NCBI GenBank assembly: GCA_030390025.1
Contig: CM059425.1
Span: 178,562,001-178,626,000, forward strand
Direction of reading: 5' to 3'
Length of the DNA: 64,000 nt
Origin: Squalus acanthias
Lineage: Eukaryota
Shown: positions 38,191-51,110 of the stretch, piece after piece
How the letters are laid out: each line of letters starts with the position of its first letter
Position numbering within the stretch: position 1 is the stretch's first letter
Made by a program: the position numbers and the translations under genes
The notes under the pieces: generated by a model
Databases searched by the model: none
Told to the model about the DNA's origin: nothing
The model's input: the letters and a program-made list of their open reading frames with translations, nothing else

Positions 38191-38588
38191 TGCCCGCCTG
38201 TTAGAGAATGTGTCCTGTTTTCATTCCATTAAAATCAAGATGAATATTTAACCTGTAGTCTCTGCTCACACAAGATGAATGGACACTTTGGCACGACACC
38301 ACAGGGTTGATGATGCCCATGGGATTGCATTCCAGCATGTGTCAGTGCTTTCCAAGAGACAACAAGAGAAAATTGGGAAAAGGCAATGAAGCTGGTGAGG
38401 ATTTAGGGATTTAAATATGTATTCAAAACTAATTATCAATGAAGTCATGATATAAGGGGTGATTCCATGATCCTTCTCCCAGTGGTGAAGCTGCCCTTGC
38501 AGGAAACATGGAGCAAAGGCAGGGCTACAGAATTACAACCATGGTTTTCTGACACATGCTTTACTGCAAGCGTGCCTCCCTCCTATTA

Positions 38589-38769
38589 GTGTGGGATCAC
38601 AGAATCACCTCCATATTACAATCACAGTGTGGGATCACAGAATCAGCTCCATATTACAATCACAGTGTGGGATCACAGAATCAGCTCCATATTACAATCA
38701 CAGTGTGGGATCACAGAATCAGCTCCATATTACAATCACAGTGTGGGATCACAGAATCAGCTCCATATT
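38589..38769. repeat. 38-bp minisatellite (GTGTGGGATCACAGAATCAGCTCCATATTACAATCACA), about 4.8 units; resumes at 40350-40400
   Basis: Units start at 38589, 38627, 38665, 38703, 38741. Confidence 0.95.
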
Positions 38770-40349
38770 GCCTGATAACATGCATCCTAGGGTGCTGAAG
38801 GAGGTGGCCCTAGAGATAGCGGATGCACTAAGTATGATTTTTCAGAATTCATTAGACTCGGGAACAGTGCCCATGGATTGGAGGGTAGCTAACGTTACCC
38901 CACTATTCAAAAAGGGGGGTAGGGAAAAAGCAGGTAATTACAGACCTGTAAGCCTTACATCAGTTGTGGGCAAAATGCTGGAGTCCATCATTAAGGATGA
39001 AATAGCGGAGCACTTAGCAAATGGGGACAGGATAGGACAGAGTCAACATGGATTTACAAAGGGTAAATCGTGCTTGACTAATCTATTGGAATTTTTTGAG
39101 GGAGTAACTGGTAAAATAGATGGGGGAGAGCCAGTAGATGTGGTGTACCTGGACTTCCAAAAGGCCTTCGATAAGGTCCCACATAAAAGATTAGCAGGGA
39201 AAATTGAAGCTCATGGGATAAAGGGGAAAGTATTGACGTGGATAGAGAACTGGCTGTCAGACAGAAAACAGAGAGTTGGAATAAACGGCTCATTTTCTGA
39301 ATGGCAGGCAGTAACAAGTGGGGTACCACAGGGATCTGTCCTGGGTCCCCAGCTGTTCACAATTTACATTAATGACCTGGATCAGGGAGTCGGATGCAGC
39401 ATTTCCAAATTTGCAGACGACACTAAACTAGGAGGGGGGGTGGGCTCAGAGGAGGAGACCAGGAAGCTCCAGAGCGATTTGGACAGACTGGGTGATTGGG
39501 CGGATAAATGGCAGATGCACTATAATGTGGACAAGTGCGAAGTTATCCACCTTGGGTGCAGGAACGGGAGGGCAAATTATTATTTAAATGGCAATAAATT
39601 GGGAGAGGGGGAAGTACAGAGAGACCTGGGTGTTCTTGTACACCAGTCACTGAAGGCGAGCATGCAGGTGCAACAGGCGATCAAGAAGGCAAACGGTATG
39701 CTGGCCTTCATAGCAAAAGGGTTGGAATACAGGAACAGGGATACCTTGCTGCAGCTGTACAGGGCACTGGTGAGACCACACCTCGAGTACTGTGTACAGT
39801 TTTGGTCGCCTCATCTGAGGAAAGATGTTCTTGCCATGGAGGGGGTGCAGCGGCGATTCACCAGGCTGATACCAGGAATGGCGGGATTGACCTATGAGGA
39901 GAGACTATGTAGTTTAGGGATGTACACATTGGAGTTTAGAAGATTGAGAGGGGACCTCATAGAAGTGTATAAAATTCTGACAGGTCTAGACAGACTAGAT
40001 GCAGAAGGAATGTTTCCCTTGGCGGGTGAGAACAGAACTAGAGGACATAATTTAAGGATAAGGGCTAAACCATTTAGGACAGAAATGAGGGGGAATTTCT
40101 TCACTCAGAGGGTGGTGAACCTGTGGAACTCATTGCCACAGAGGGCAGTGTACGCCAGCTCATTAAATATATTTAAGAGGGAATTAGATATATTTCTACA
40201 GGCAAAAGGGGTTAAGGGTTACGGAGAGAAGGCGGGGACGGGATACTGAATTGGAGGATCAGCCATGATCTCATTAAATGGCGGAGCAGGCTCGAAGGGC
40301 CGGATGGCCTACTCCTGCTCCTATCTTCTATGTATCTATGTATCTATGT
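38770..40349 (+). mobile_element. Young 5'-truncated CR1 LINE with uninterrupted RT frame
   Basis: Stop-free from PDNMHPRVLKE through [28 protein letters not shown] and FADD to stop at 40249; tail (TATGTATC)n; TSD ATATT. Confidence 0.96.
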
Positions 40350-40609
40350 ATATTACAATCACAGTGTGGGATCACAGAATCACCTCCATATTACAATCAC
40401 CTTCCATAGCAATTTCTGCATGTTTGTGTGAACTTTGCTGAACAAGTGGTTCTGTGGCCAATCTTTACTTCTCCCTCGTGTCCTTCGCTGCTAAAACTCT
40501 TGAAGTCTATGTTTCTTTATTTTTGTATATCTTGTTGCTGAAAGCATTTACTTTACCAGTTCAATTAAAAGTGTTTCTGGTTATCTCCAAAAGGAGGCAG
40601 ATATCTCTT

Positions 40610-41100
40610 TTTTTTACCAATTTTCTCTTCTTAGCTCCTTTGTTGGAGGCATTGCCACCTTGCCAAGGTACCGTTCCATAGTGACGCTCCAGTATCATGG
40701 CCAACTATTTATGTGTGAGCCTTGACCGTGAATACTAGCAGGAAAGCATCACAGCTGAGTCCAATCCTGTTCTCACCTGATGAATAAATACACTTCCAGC
40801 AGGAGTCGTTGAATAAGTGGCCACATTTCCTCTCCCTAACCCATGCCATAGATTTTCATCTTCACTGTCTAGGATCGCACACCCTTTGCAAAACCTACCT
40901 GATTTTCACTCCATTGATCGTGTAAAGAGCAATCTGCACTGGTAGATTACTGTCCGGGCAGTGGAGATGAAAATCTACTCCCATGAGCGCTGAGGCCAAT
41001 TGCAGCACCGTTTCCAGTTCCCCAGCAGCGATTAGCAGGGATTAAATCTAGGGCCTACCTGGTCTGTATGGTTTAGCTAGTCACTGAATAAACTCCAAGG
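40610..41100 (-). mobile_element. SINE family B interrupted by a 137-bp MITE
   Basis: GCATCACAGCTGAG...CTTCCAGCAGG...CCCTAACC | CTGAGGCCAATTGC blocks. Confidence 0.65.
40845..40981. mobile_element. 137-bp MITE
   Basis: ~23-bp imperfect TIR GCCATAGATTTTCATCTTCACTG/CAGTGGAGATGAAAATCTACTCC; TSD CAT. Confidence 0.8.
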
Positions 41101-41331
41101 GGAGCAGAGACAGATATCTTCAATTAAAGAGTGGAGGAGGGTGCAAGACCTAAGAGTAACACCTGGTCTGCTCTGAGACGCTCAGAGGATGATGTGGTTG
41201 AGGATTTGCAGACGCTTGTTTTTTTAAGCCTTTAGGTACATACAACACAGAGCAGGTGTAAGTGTGTGTAACCAGAACAGAAAAACAAAATATTATACCA
41301 ATTCTTGCAACAAAAAACCCAGACATTTGTC

Positions 41332-41530
41332 ATAAAAGCAGAAAATGCTGGAAATACTCAGCAGGTCAGGCAGCATCTGTGGAGCGAGAAACAAAGTTAA
41401 CATTTCTAAAGAAAGGTAATCGACCTGAAACATTAACTCTGTTTCTCTCTCCACAGATGCTGCCTGACCTGCTGAGTATTTCCAACATTTTCTGTTTTTA
41501 TTTCAGATTTCCAGCATCTGCAGTATTTTG
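41332..41530. mobile_element. Fold-back Penelope pLTR derivative with decayed hammerhead
   Basis: ~70-bp near-perfect inverted arms; centre CTAAAGA-A-AGGT(AATCG)ACCT-GAAA-CATT-AACT; matches reverse complement of 10380-10505. Confidence 0.82.
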
Positions 41531-41735
41531 TTCCAGACATTGGTCACATTGTTATAGTTGACAGGTTTTCTAAGCTCTTCTCTCTTCACTGACACTTGGT
41601 TGAGGTTTATTTTAATGCTTGTGCTAATCTTAGAAGCAGTAATGTTACAGCAGTGTATTCCTTTGGTACTCCAACACTGTAGTACTAAGTGTCATTGGGC
41701 CCATCACACAGAGTAGGCCAAAATAGGGCCTTTAT

Positions 41736-44515
41736 TGGAACTAAATATTCCAGGATACTTAACTTTTAGAAGGGATAGGCAAAATGGAAAAGGAGGAGGG
41801 GTAGCCCTGATAATAAAGGATGGGATAAAGACAGTAGAGAGAAAGGATCTTAGCTTGGAAAATCAAGAAGTAGAATCAGTTTGGGTGGAGCTAAGAAACA
41901 GCAAGGGGCAGAAAACATTGGTGGGAGTTGTTTATAGGCGCCCAAACAGTAGCTGTAATGTAGGGCAGAGTATAAATCAAGAAATTAGAGGTGCATGTAA
42001 CAAGGGTAATACAATAATCATGGGGGACTTTAATCTACATATAGACTGGGCAAACCAAATTTGCAGTAATAGTGTGGAGGATGAATTCATGAAATGTATG
42101 CAAGATAGTTTTCTAGATCAGTATGTTGAGGAACCAACTAGGGAACAGGCTATTTTAGATCTAGTGTTGTGCACCGAGAAAGGGTTAATTAATAACCTTG
42201 TAGTAAAGGGGCCTTTAGGGAAGAGTGACCATAATATGATAGAATTTTATATTGAGTTTGAAAGTGACTTAGTTAAATCTGAAACTAGGGTCTTAAATCT
42301 AAACAAAGCAAACTATGTAGGTATGAGGGGTGAGTTGGCTGAGGTAGATTGGGAAACTGCATTAAAAGGTATGACAGTGGATGAGCAATGGCTAGCATTT
42401 AAAGAATTAAGACATAATTTACAACAAATATACATTCCTTTAAGGCACAAAAACCCCACAGGAAAAGTGGTCCAACCGTGGCTAACAAGAGAAGTTAAAG
42501 ATAGTATTAGATCAAAGAAAGAGGCTTATAATGCTACCAAAAAGAATAGTAAGCCTGAGAATTGGGAGGATTTTAGAATTTAGCAAAGGAGGACCAAGAA
42601 ATTGATAAAGAAAGGGAAAATAGAATTTGAGAGTAAACTAGCGAGAGACATAAAAACAGACTGTAAAAGCTTCTATAGGTATGTAAAAAGGAAAAGATTA
42701 GCAAAAGTAAATGTGGGTCCCTTACAGGCTGAGACAGGAGAAATTATAATGGGGAATAAGGAAATGGCAGGGAAATTAAACAAATACTTTGTGTCTGTCT
42801 TTATGGAAGAAGACACAAAAAACTTCCCGGAAATAGTGGAGAACCAAGGGTCTAGCGAGAATGAGAAACTGAAAGAAATTATTATTAGTAAAAAGTAGTA
42901 CTGGAGAAATTAATGGGACTGAAAGCCAATAAATCCCCTGGACCTGATGGCCTACATCCTAGGGTTTTGAAAGAGCTGGCTATAGAGATAGTGGATGCAT
43001 TGGTTGTCATTTTCCAAAATTCCATAGATTCTAGAATGGTTCCCACGGATTGGAAGGTAGTAAATGTAACCCCACTATTTAAGAAAGGAGGGAGAGAGAA
43101 AATGGGGAACTACAGACCAGTTAGCCTGACATCAGTAGTAGGGAAAATGCTAGAATATATTATTAAGGACGTGATAACAGGGTACTTAGAAAATAATAAT
43201 AGGACTGGGCAGAGTCAACACGGATTTATGAAAGGGAAATCATGTTTGACAAATCTGTTAGAGTTTTTTGAGGTTGTAACTAGCAGAATAGATAAGGGGG
43301 AACCAGTGGATGTAGTGTATTTGGATTTTCAGAAGGCATTCGATAAGTTTCCACACAAGAGGTTATTAAACAAAATTAGGGCTCATGGGATTGGGGGTAA
43401 TATACTAGCATGGATTGAGGATTGGTTAATGGACAGAAAACAGAGAGTAGGAATAAACGGGTCATTTTTGGGTTGGCAGGCTGTAACTAGTGGGATACCG
43501 CAAGGATCAGTGCTTGGGCCTCAGCTATTCACAATCTATATCAATGATTTGGATGAGGGGCAAAATGTAATATATCCAAGTTTGCTGATGATACAAAGCT
43601 GGGTGGGAATGTAAGTTGTGAGGAGGATGCAAGGAGGCTTCAAGGGGATATAGACAGGCTAAGTGAATGGGCAAGAACATGGCAAATGGAATATAATGTG
43701 GAGAAATGTGAAGTTATCCATTTTGGTAGGAAAAATAGAAAAGCAGAGTATTTTTTAAATGGAGAGATATTGGGAAATGTTGGTGTTCAGAGGGACCTGG
43801 GTGTCCTAGTACACAAATCACTGAAAGGTAACATGCAGGTACAGCAAGCAATTAGGAAAGCAAATGGTATGTTGGCCTTTATTACAAGAGGATTTGAGTA
43901 TAAGAGTAAAGATGTCTTACTGCAATTATATAGGGCCCTGGTGAGACCACACCTGGAATATTGTGTACAGTTTTGGTCTCCTTACCTAAGGAAGGATATA
44001 CTTGCCATAGAGGGAGTGCAACGAAGGTCCACCAGACTGGTTCTTGGGATGGGGGATTGTCCTATGAGGAGAGATTGAGTAGACTAGGCCTATATTCTCT
44101 AGAGTTTAGAAGAATGGGAGGTGATCTCATTGAAACATACAAAATTCTTACAGGGCTTGACAGGCTAGATGCAGGGAGGATGTTTCCCCTGGCTGGGGAG
44201 TCTAGAACCAGGGGTCACAGTCTCAGAATAAGGGGTTGGCCATTTAGGACTGAGATGAGGAGAAATTTCTTCACTCAGGGGGTGGTGAATCTTTGGAATT
44301 CTCTACCCCATTGGGCTGTGGGGGCTCCGTCGTTGAGTATATTAAAGACAGAAATCGATAGATGTTTGAATATTAAGGGCATCAAGGGATATGGGGATAG
44401 TGCAGGAAAGTGGAGATGAGATAGAAGATCAGCCATGCTCTTATTGAATGGCGGAGCAGGCTCGAAGGGCCAAATGGCCTACTCCTGCTTCTATTTCTTA
44501 TGTTCTTATGTTCTT
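41736..44515 (+). mobile_element. CR1 LINE, most of ORF2 (partial APE endonuclease + RT), with stops and frameshifts
   Basis: RRDRQNGKGGGVAL, IMGDFN, LDLV, SDHNMI endonuclease motifs; RT motifs across successive ORFs; (TTCTTATG)n tail. Confidence 0.96.
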
Positions 44516-45291
44516 TTAACTTTTCCAGCAGTACTTCCTGAAAATGATTGCAATTCCCTTCCTGCAAAGAGGAACGTTTCCTTTTTAGTTAGAGAAAGTA
44601 TGAATTATAACCTGGAGATATACTTGGTGCTGGCACACTGCGTGTGCTTGGAATTGGAATCTTCAGCATCAGTGACTCTCCATAGTGCATTACTTTGAAC
44701 GACACAGTACAGCAGTTCTCAGTCCCCTTTTGCAAAACATGTCATTTTCTCGACCCTCGTTCCTCATACCTGTAATATATCTCTGACTAATTAAATAATA
44801 AGAAAGACACCCTGCTCTCTCTCCAATCCCCGAAAGGTGCTCCTCCCTGCCATTCTGCTCTCTCCTCCTAAGGTGCTCCTGGCTGCTTCTCTGCTCCCAC
44901 AGGCACTATCAATTCTCCTCAGGTGCTCCTCCATGCTGCTTTACTCCCACAAGCACATTCCTTCCTCCCATAGTGTTTCTTCCTGCCACCTGGCTGGTGT
45001 TCCCAGATCTCTGATAGCTCCATGCTTCAGCTCCTGCCTCCCTAATGAATCCTCACCGTCATTCTGGCTCCTCCCCCACCTGAAGCTATCATTCTATTCC
45101 AGCAGCAGGCTCTTTCCAATGCACCAGAAGACAGAATTCCAGATGCGGCTATTGTGTGATCGTGAATCTCCACTAGTAGGGTGCATCAGAAAGCCCACTG
45201 TTAGAATAGAGTGAGAGCTTCAGGTGAGGTAGAATTCAGATTCAGTAAATAATTGGGTTTTGAAACCTTTAAATCTGGTTCCAAACACTGT

Positions 45292-46976
45292 GGCTGAGAT
45301 TTTTCGGGGGGTCAGCAGGCGTGATCGGAGGTGGGTCGGGTGGGAAAGTGATATTGTCGGGTCTGTGAGCGCTCAGCAGACCTGACACGCAACAGCGGGG
45401 GAGCTAATTTAAATGATTAGTGCCTTGTTTACAGCCACTTAACAATGGTTTTAAACTGACCTTTTGAATTTGACAGCTCGCCCATGGATTTCATGCTGTT
45501 GCTAGACCATGACTGTGAAGCTGAGGCGGGAGGTCAGTGGCCATTGAATCAGCTGATGAGTTGACAGCTTCAAATGTCAAGTAAAAGCTCCCACCTTATA
45601 GAGATATCTTCCCTCAACCAGAAGCTCTTCCTCACTGCATTTCCACAACAGATTCACCATGCTGCAAGTCTTTATACAAGCCTCCATCCAGTCTGACCTC
45701 ATTACCTCTCTCACCATTGACAGATTGCTTCTGTCATCTCTACTTCACCTGCCATCTAATCCATCAGCATAGGTGCCCTTTATACTGTCTCACCTTGGTC
45801 CTCAGAATTCCACCATGATCAGCCCCAAAACCAGCAGCACCAACAACAACAACAACCTTCTCCACAATCACCTGACGCTGCACAAGACACAGGGCATCAG
45901 CACCGACCACATTGCTGCCTGGGAGGCCAGGGATGGCCTCACCATGGCCAGATTTACTTCACTTGACATTGTACACCCTGGCTGCCACATGATGTGCCAG
46001 GTTGGCACCACCCCACACCAACACCATAAAGCATCCCTATAATGCCCAAGCCATTCCTTTCACCCTCATCACCATTGCAGGGGGTACCGTTATGTCTCAC
46101 TATTCACTGCAACTCACTAAGTCACTTCCAAAGGTGCACACAAATCTGTCCAAGAACACAAAGTGTTGAAAATAAAGGTTTCAATGTTTGACACCACATT
46201 AACAGAAACTTTACATGGACAGTGCATAAAACACCCAAGTGCCTACCCTTGTGTGTTGTTAGTTGGTATGATTGCACTAGAATGAGGGTAAGTGTGAGAG
46301 GTGGCTGTGATAATATAGATAGAGAGAGAAGGATGGGTGGAGGTGCAAGGTAAGTTGGTGTGAGTAAGGATGTGCAGGAGTAGGATAGGGAAGGCAGAGT
46401 GATGGAGATGTGTTGAGAGGCACAGCAGGATGAGGTTGAGTGTGGCTTTGTACTAATGTTTCGTAATCTACTGAGATCATTGAAACGTTTGTGGCACTGC
46501 ACCCAGGTCCCCCTGACGACATCCCTGCTTGTGTCCTCCTGTGCAATGTGCAACCAGGCTGTGTTGGTGTCCTGGGGAGGTCTCTTCCATCCATCGGAAG
46601 GGAAGAGGACCTCCCTGCATGCTGTGACTCCCTCCAGAAGCGTATGGAAGGAGTCATGGGAGACCTGGGTGCAGCCCTACACCTCTGTGCAGTGCTTGTC
46701 AGTGTTTGCAGCACCTCAATGCTGTAGAACACTGGCAGCACAAATGTCAAACTAAATTTGTGCATGGTCCCTTTAAGGAAACCGGCTGATGACGCGCCAT
46801 CAAATAATTTCACCAGACCCGCTTCCTCTAATTGGCTGGGAAACTCGCTGGGTGGGCATAACAAGCCCCATCACAGTAAATTTATTTCAGAGGCCGGGAT
46901 GGAGCCAGCAGCGGGGTTGAGACCCGCCATAGATATCGTCTGCCACGGACCTGCCGAGGTTAGCAAAATCGCGGCC
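45292..46976 (-). mobile_element. Non-autonomous PIF/Harbinger-type element, copy 2 (both TIRs)
   Basis: Termini GGCTGAGATTTT/AAAATCGCGGCC, flanks TGT/TGC; Myb/SANT remnant on minus (HIAQEDTSRDVVRGTWVQCHKRFNDLSR); + strand QQQQPSPQ and AAWEARDGLTMARFT resemble transposase N- and C-terminal stubs. Confidence 0.87.
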
Positions 46977-47568
46977 TGCTTAAATGTTTCTTGAATTACT
47001 TATGATTTTGATTTACAACCATACACGTACAGCTTGCAAAATAATATATTTATGTCAGGAAGCAGTGCCAATCAACAAGGTTTATTTCCAATTTTTTATT
47101 ACATATCAAGATATTACTGACCTAAACCATTCAATTGTAGAGGAAGTAGAGTCAAATTGAATCATTTATAATACATCATACCCATGTGAACCTGAACCTG
47201 AAATTTTTAGTTAAGTTGAAGAATTAAAGTGTAGCTCCGCAATTGGCTTGTGGATAAAGTCACTTCTCATTGTGACCTAAGGAGGTCCCAGGTGGCACTG
47301 CCACTGACCTCGGTGCCAATGAATTAGGTAAGGAAAAAAATCAGACAAAATCCTTCTTTGGAGAATATAGTCAAAGGACTGCCATTGAATAAGATCTGAA
47401 GATATAACTACATAGAGCTGTGAACTCGCACATTCCAGGAACCAAGCTGTTTTACACTTTCAACTTCATACCACTAATTCCAATTGGAAGGAGCAGTGGC
47501 TTATTTTTCAGAAATTAAAGCAGGTGCAGAACAAATGTTTTTAAAAATTCAAATGATATAGGACATTT

Positions 47569-48089
47569 TTGGAGAAATTGAACATCTCCCATGCCCAATC
47601 ACCCCCAAAAGTGTGTCGGCTGCCAGATTGGAAGCGGGCAACCTCTAGGTGTGCAGCACACCCGCCTGAAACAGCCGCTAGAGGTCTTACATTTTCAAAT
47701 TGGGATCCTAACGCCAGTTGTAGGATCCCAATTGAAATTAGACTGCGAATGGTTGGAACCTGTGTTGTGCAAGCTCTGCATAGTTGTTCCGAGCCCTGAG
47801 CTACAGAACCAGCGGTCCTTAAAAAACAGCCTCCTCCGCATCGCTTCCCCCCCTGTAGGAACTACCTATGGGTCGTTTTGGCCTTGGCGTCAATGTCGGC
47901 CACAATTCCCAAGACTCTAACCAGTGAACTGCAACAAGATGCTTGATTGGCATCCGCAGCTCACCTGTTTTGTTCAAATAAGGCCATATGGCAAATTTGG
48001 CTCGGGCATTTCACCAACATCTTCGGGATTGCGTTTGAATTGCGTCACCTATTTTGCCCCAGTAACTAGCATGAGGTAAATTTCTCCCC
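47569..48089. mobile_element. Older Harbinger-type MITE
   Basis: GGAGAAATT...AATTTCTCCCC termini around a GC-richer island. Confidence 0.5.
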
Positions 48090-49512
48090 TTTTATCTCAC
48101 TCGATGGTAAAACATTTAATGTTTGATCAGAATGCTTGAATGTCAATATTTTCACTTTAGATGTGGTCAGTTGAGAACCTATTTTACAGAAGAAATGCTC
48201 AGAAAATGCTTTAAAACATATATTTGTTCACCACATATTGTATGGACCGTTCATTTTTGGGTAATTCTTTTCCTCATATACAATTGTTTTTATAAGCTAT
48301 TGAATTATTTTATGCTGCAGCTAATAATTGTATGGTGCATTTTAATATAAAAAATACATCTTGAGTGTCTCACTTATAGTATTAAATATGTCCTGTTGCA
48401 CAACTTTGCCAATTTAAGCTTTACATTAATAGCATACAAAGCAACGATTACAAGGAAAGAGCGAAAATAAAACTTTTCTAGATTTGTCAGTTTAGGGTTG
48501 AGTTGTTCTTTTAAGAGTTAAAAGGTTAGCTCACAGTTTCTCCTAAGTTCCCAGGTGGCCTAAACTTTTCCTCCCACATTTTCCCCCAGATGCCATCACT
48601 GAGATTAGCTGAGCCTCTCCTCTCCTCCCCTCCCTCCCCCGCACACACACATACTTTCCATGAACATTGCATGTCATCTCGCCGAGATCCCTTTCATATC
48701 AAGACAATAGCGACAGTAACTAAATGCTGCCATATGTCCTTAACTCTTCAATCCCATTGTCCTTCAGGTTTTATTCAGTATTCTCACTAAAGGCTTCGGT
48801 CGATGTACTTTCCTCTGTCCAGCTGAGAGAGACAGTAGAGGAAACGCCAAAAACGTCCCCAGTCAATCTCCATTCTAGTGGTCAGAAAAGCCACATCTGT
48901 TGTATTGTTACTGTACAGTAGTCTCAGCCTGAAGTATTGTCAACCTCTTCTTTTGGTTATTGATTTCATTCAGAAATGTGCTACAATCATTACCGACTAA
49001 ATCTTTGGTAGAACAGAAATGACTGATTTCCCAATTAAGCCACCTGACTAGTGGCTTTAAGTATTTATAATTTCGAAGTAATTGTTAAAAACATTAATAG
49101 CTTCAAATGCTTTATACTTTAATCAGAAGCATCTGTCACCATCGACTACAAAAGTGTTAAATATGTCTTGTGGTCTGCTTTAGAAAAGCTGGATTGCACT
49201 GTAAGCAAATTACGATTTTATGAAGGAATTGTTTCAAGTGTGAAAGAATTTTTTTTCTGTTGCCAATTTTGTCCCCTCTTTCTCTACTGAAGAGGTTGCT
49301 ATCTTGCTGGGACCTGGCTGGCACTCTCTAGTACTTCACCCTAATACCCATTATTCATTTGTGAGCTTTATGTAATAATCTCAGTAGGTTATTTAAACCA
49401 GAAGTGAAAGGGGCATCACAATTGAGTGCTTTCCATGCTCCACTGTGTCCACACATGGACACTTCCGGGAAAGGTCTGATTCTTACCCATTGATTCTTGC
49501 TGGAACGTGTTT

Positions 49513-49674
49513 GGGAGTAATTATAACCTAAGCTGCCTGGCGGGAACTGACAGGTTTGGATCAGATGCCTGTTTTGCACCCTGCCCCATTTCCTTTCCAT
49601 TAACCGGAGTAAAATAATTGGCCGATCGGATCCCGTTAGTTTCCCGCTGGACGGATTAGCTTAAAATTATCCGC
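49513..49674. mobile_element. ~160-bp MITE between SINE family B fragments
   Basis: Imperfect TIR GGGAGTAATTATAACCTAA/TTAGCTTAAAATTATCCGC plus inner GCGGGAACTGAC/GTTAGTTTCCCGC; no clear TSD. Confidence 0.65.
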
Positions 49675-50340
49675 ATGTGTTTGCATATATGTGGATGAAT
49701 GTTGAGTATGTACAACATTGGGCTTCAATGAGTTGCCCTCTATGTGTTGAACAACCTGCCAATACTCACTCCCGAGACTCACACCTGGACAATGGCACTT
49801 GGGTGGGATATCTCAGTTTTGTTGGCTTCTATATGGATCTGAACTCCAGCATATCAGTGCTTTCAGGAGAGCAGTAGAGAGATTTGTGGGGTTGGGGGGA
49901 GATTATATTAAACTGAATTTCTTCAAACTACTTCCACCCAAAGAAGCATATTAGGAGAAGGGTTTCCTTTGTGTGCTGTCTTTTATAAACCGGTTTAAAA
50001 TTTCATACACAGAGAGTACTGAGGAAATCTTCACCCAATGTTTTTACCGGCCTTTTTCAGATCAATACTTAAGAACATAAAAATTAGGAGCAGGGGTGTG
50101 CCATTCGGCTCCTCGAGCCTGCTCAACCATTCAATAAGATCGTGGCTGATCTTCGACCTCAACTCCACTTTCCCGCCCGATCCCCATATCCCTTGATTCC
50201 CCTAGAGTCCAAAAATCTATCTATCTCAGCCTTGAATATACTCAATGATTCAGGATCCACAGCCCTTTGGGGTAGAGAATTCCAAAGATTCATAACCGTC
50301 TGAGTGAAGAAATTCCTCTTCATCTCAGTCTTAAGTAATA

Positions 50341-51110
50341 TTCACGCTTCACAAATGCCAGGCAATGACTATCTCCAACAAGACAGAGTCTAACCACCTC
50401 CCCTTGACATTCAATGGCATTACCATCGCCGAATCAACATTCTGGGGTTCACCATTGACCAGAAACTTAACTGGACCAACCACATAAATACTGTGGCTAC
50501 AAGAGCAGGTCAGAGGTTGGGTATTCTGCGGCGAGTGTCTCAACTCCTGACTCCCCAAAGCCTTTCCACCATCTACAAGGCACAAGTCAGGAGTGTGATG
50601 GAATACTCTCCACTTGCCTGGATGAGTGCAGATCCAACAACACTCAAGAAGCTTGACACCATCCAGGACAAAGCAGCCCGCTTGATTGGCACCCATCCAT
50701 CACCTTAAACATTCATTCCCTCCACCACCGGCGTACCGTGGCTGCAGTGTGTACCATCTACAAGATGCACTGCAGCAACTCGCCAAGGCTTCTTCGGCAG
50801 CACCTCCCAACCCGCGGCCTCCATCAACTAGAAGGACAAGGGCAGCAGGCGCATGGGAACACCACCACCTCCAAGTTCTCCTCCAAGTCACACACCATCC
50901 TGACTTGGAAATATATCGCCGTTCCTTCATTGTCGCTGGGTCAAAATTCTGGAACTCCTTCTCTAACAGCACTATGTGAGTACCTTCACCCCACGGACTG
51001 CAGCAGTTCAAGAAGGCAGCTCACCACCACCTTCTCAAGGGCAATTAGGGATGGGCAATAAAGGCTGTCTTTGCCAGCGACGCCCACATTCCAGGTGCGA
51101 CTAAAAAAAA
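50341..51110 (+). mobile_element. 3' fragment of a second CR1/L2-group LINE family
   Basis: RAGQRLGILRRVSQLLTPQSLSTIYKAQVRSVMEYSPLAW...LDTIQDKAARLI; AATAAA and A-tail. Confidence 0.88.

Noticed and set aside
44800..45130. C/T-rich segment with 125-aa ORF
   Set aside because: Low-complexity sequence without recognisable domain or termini.
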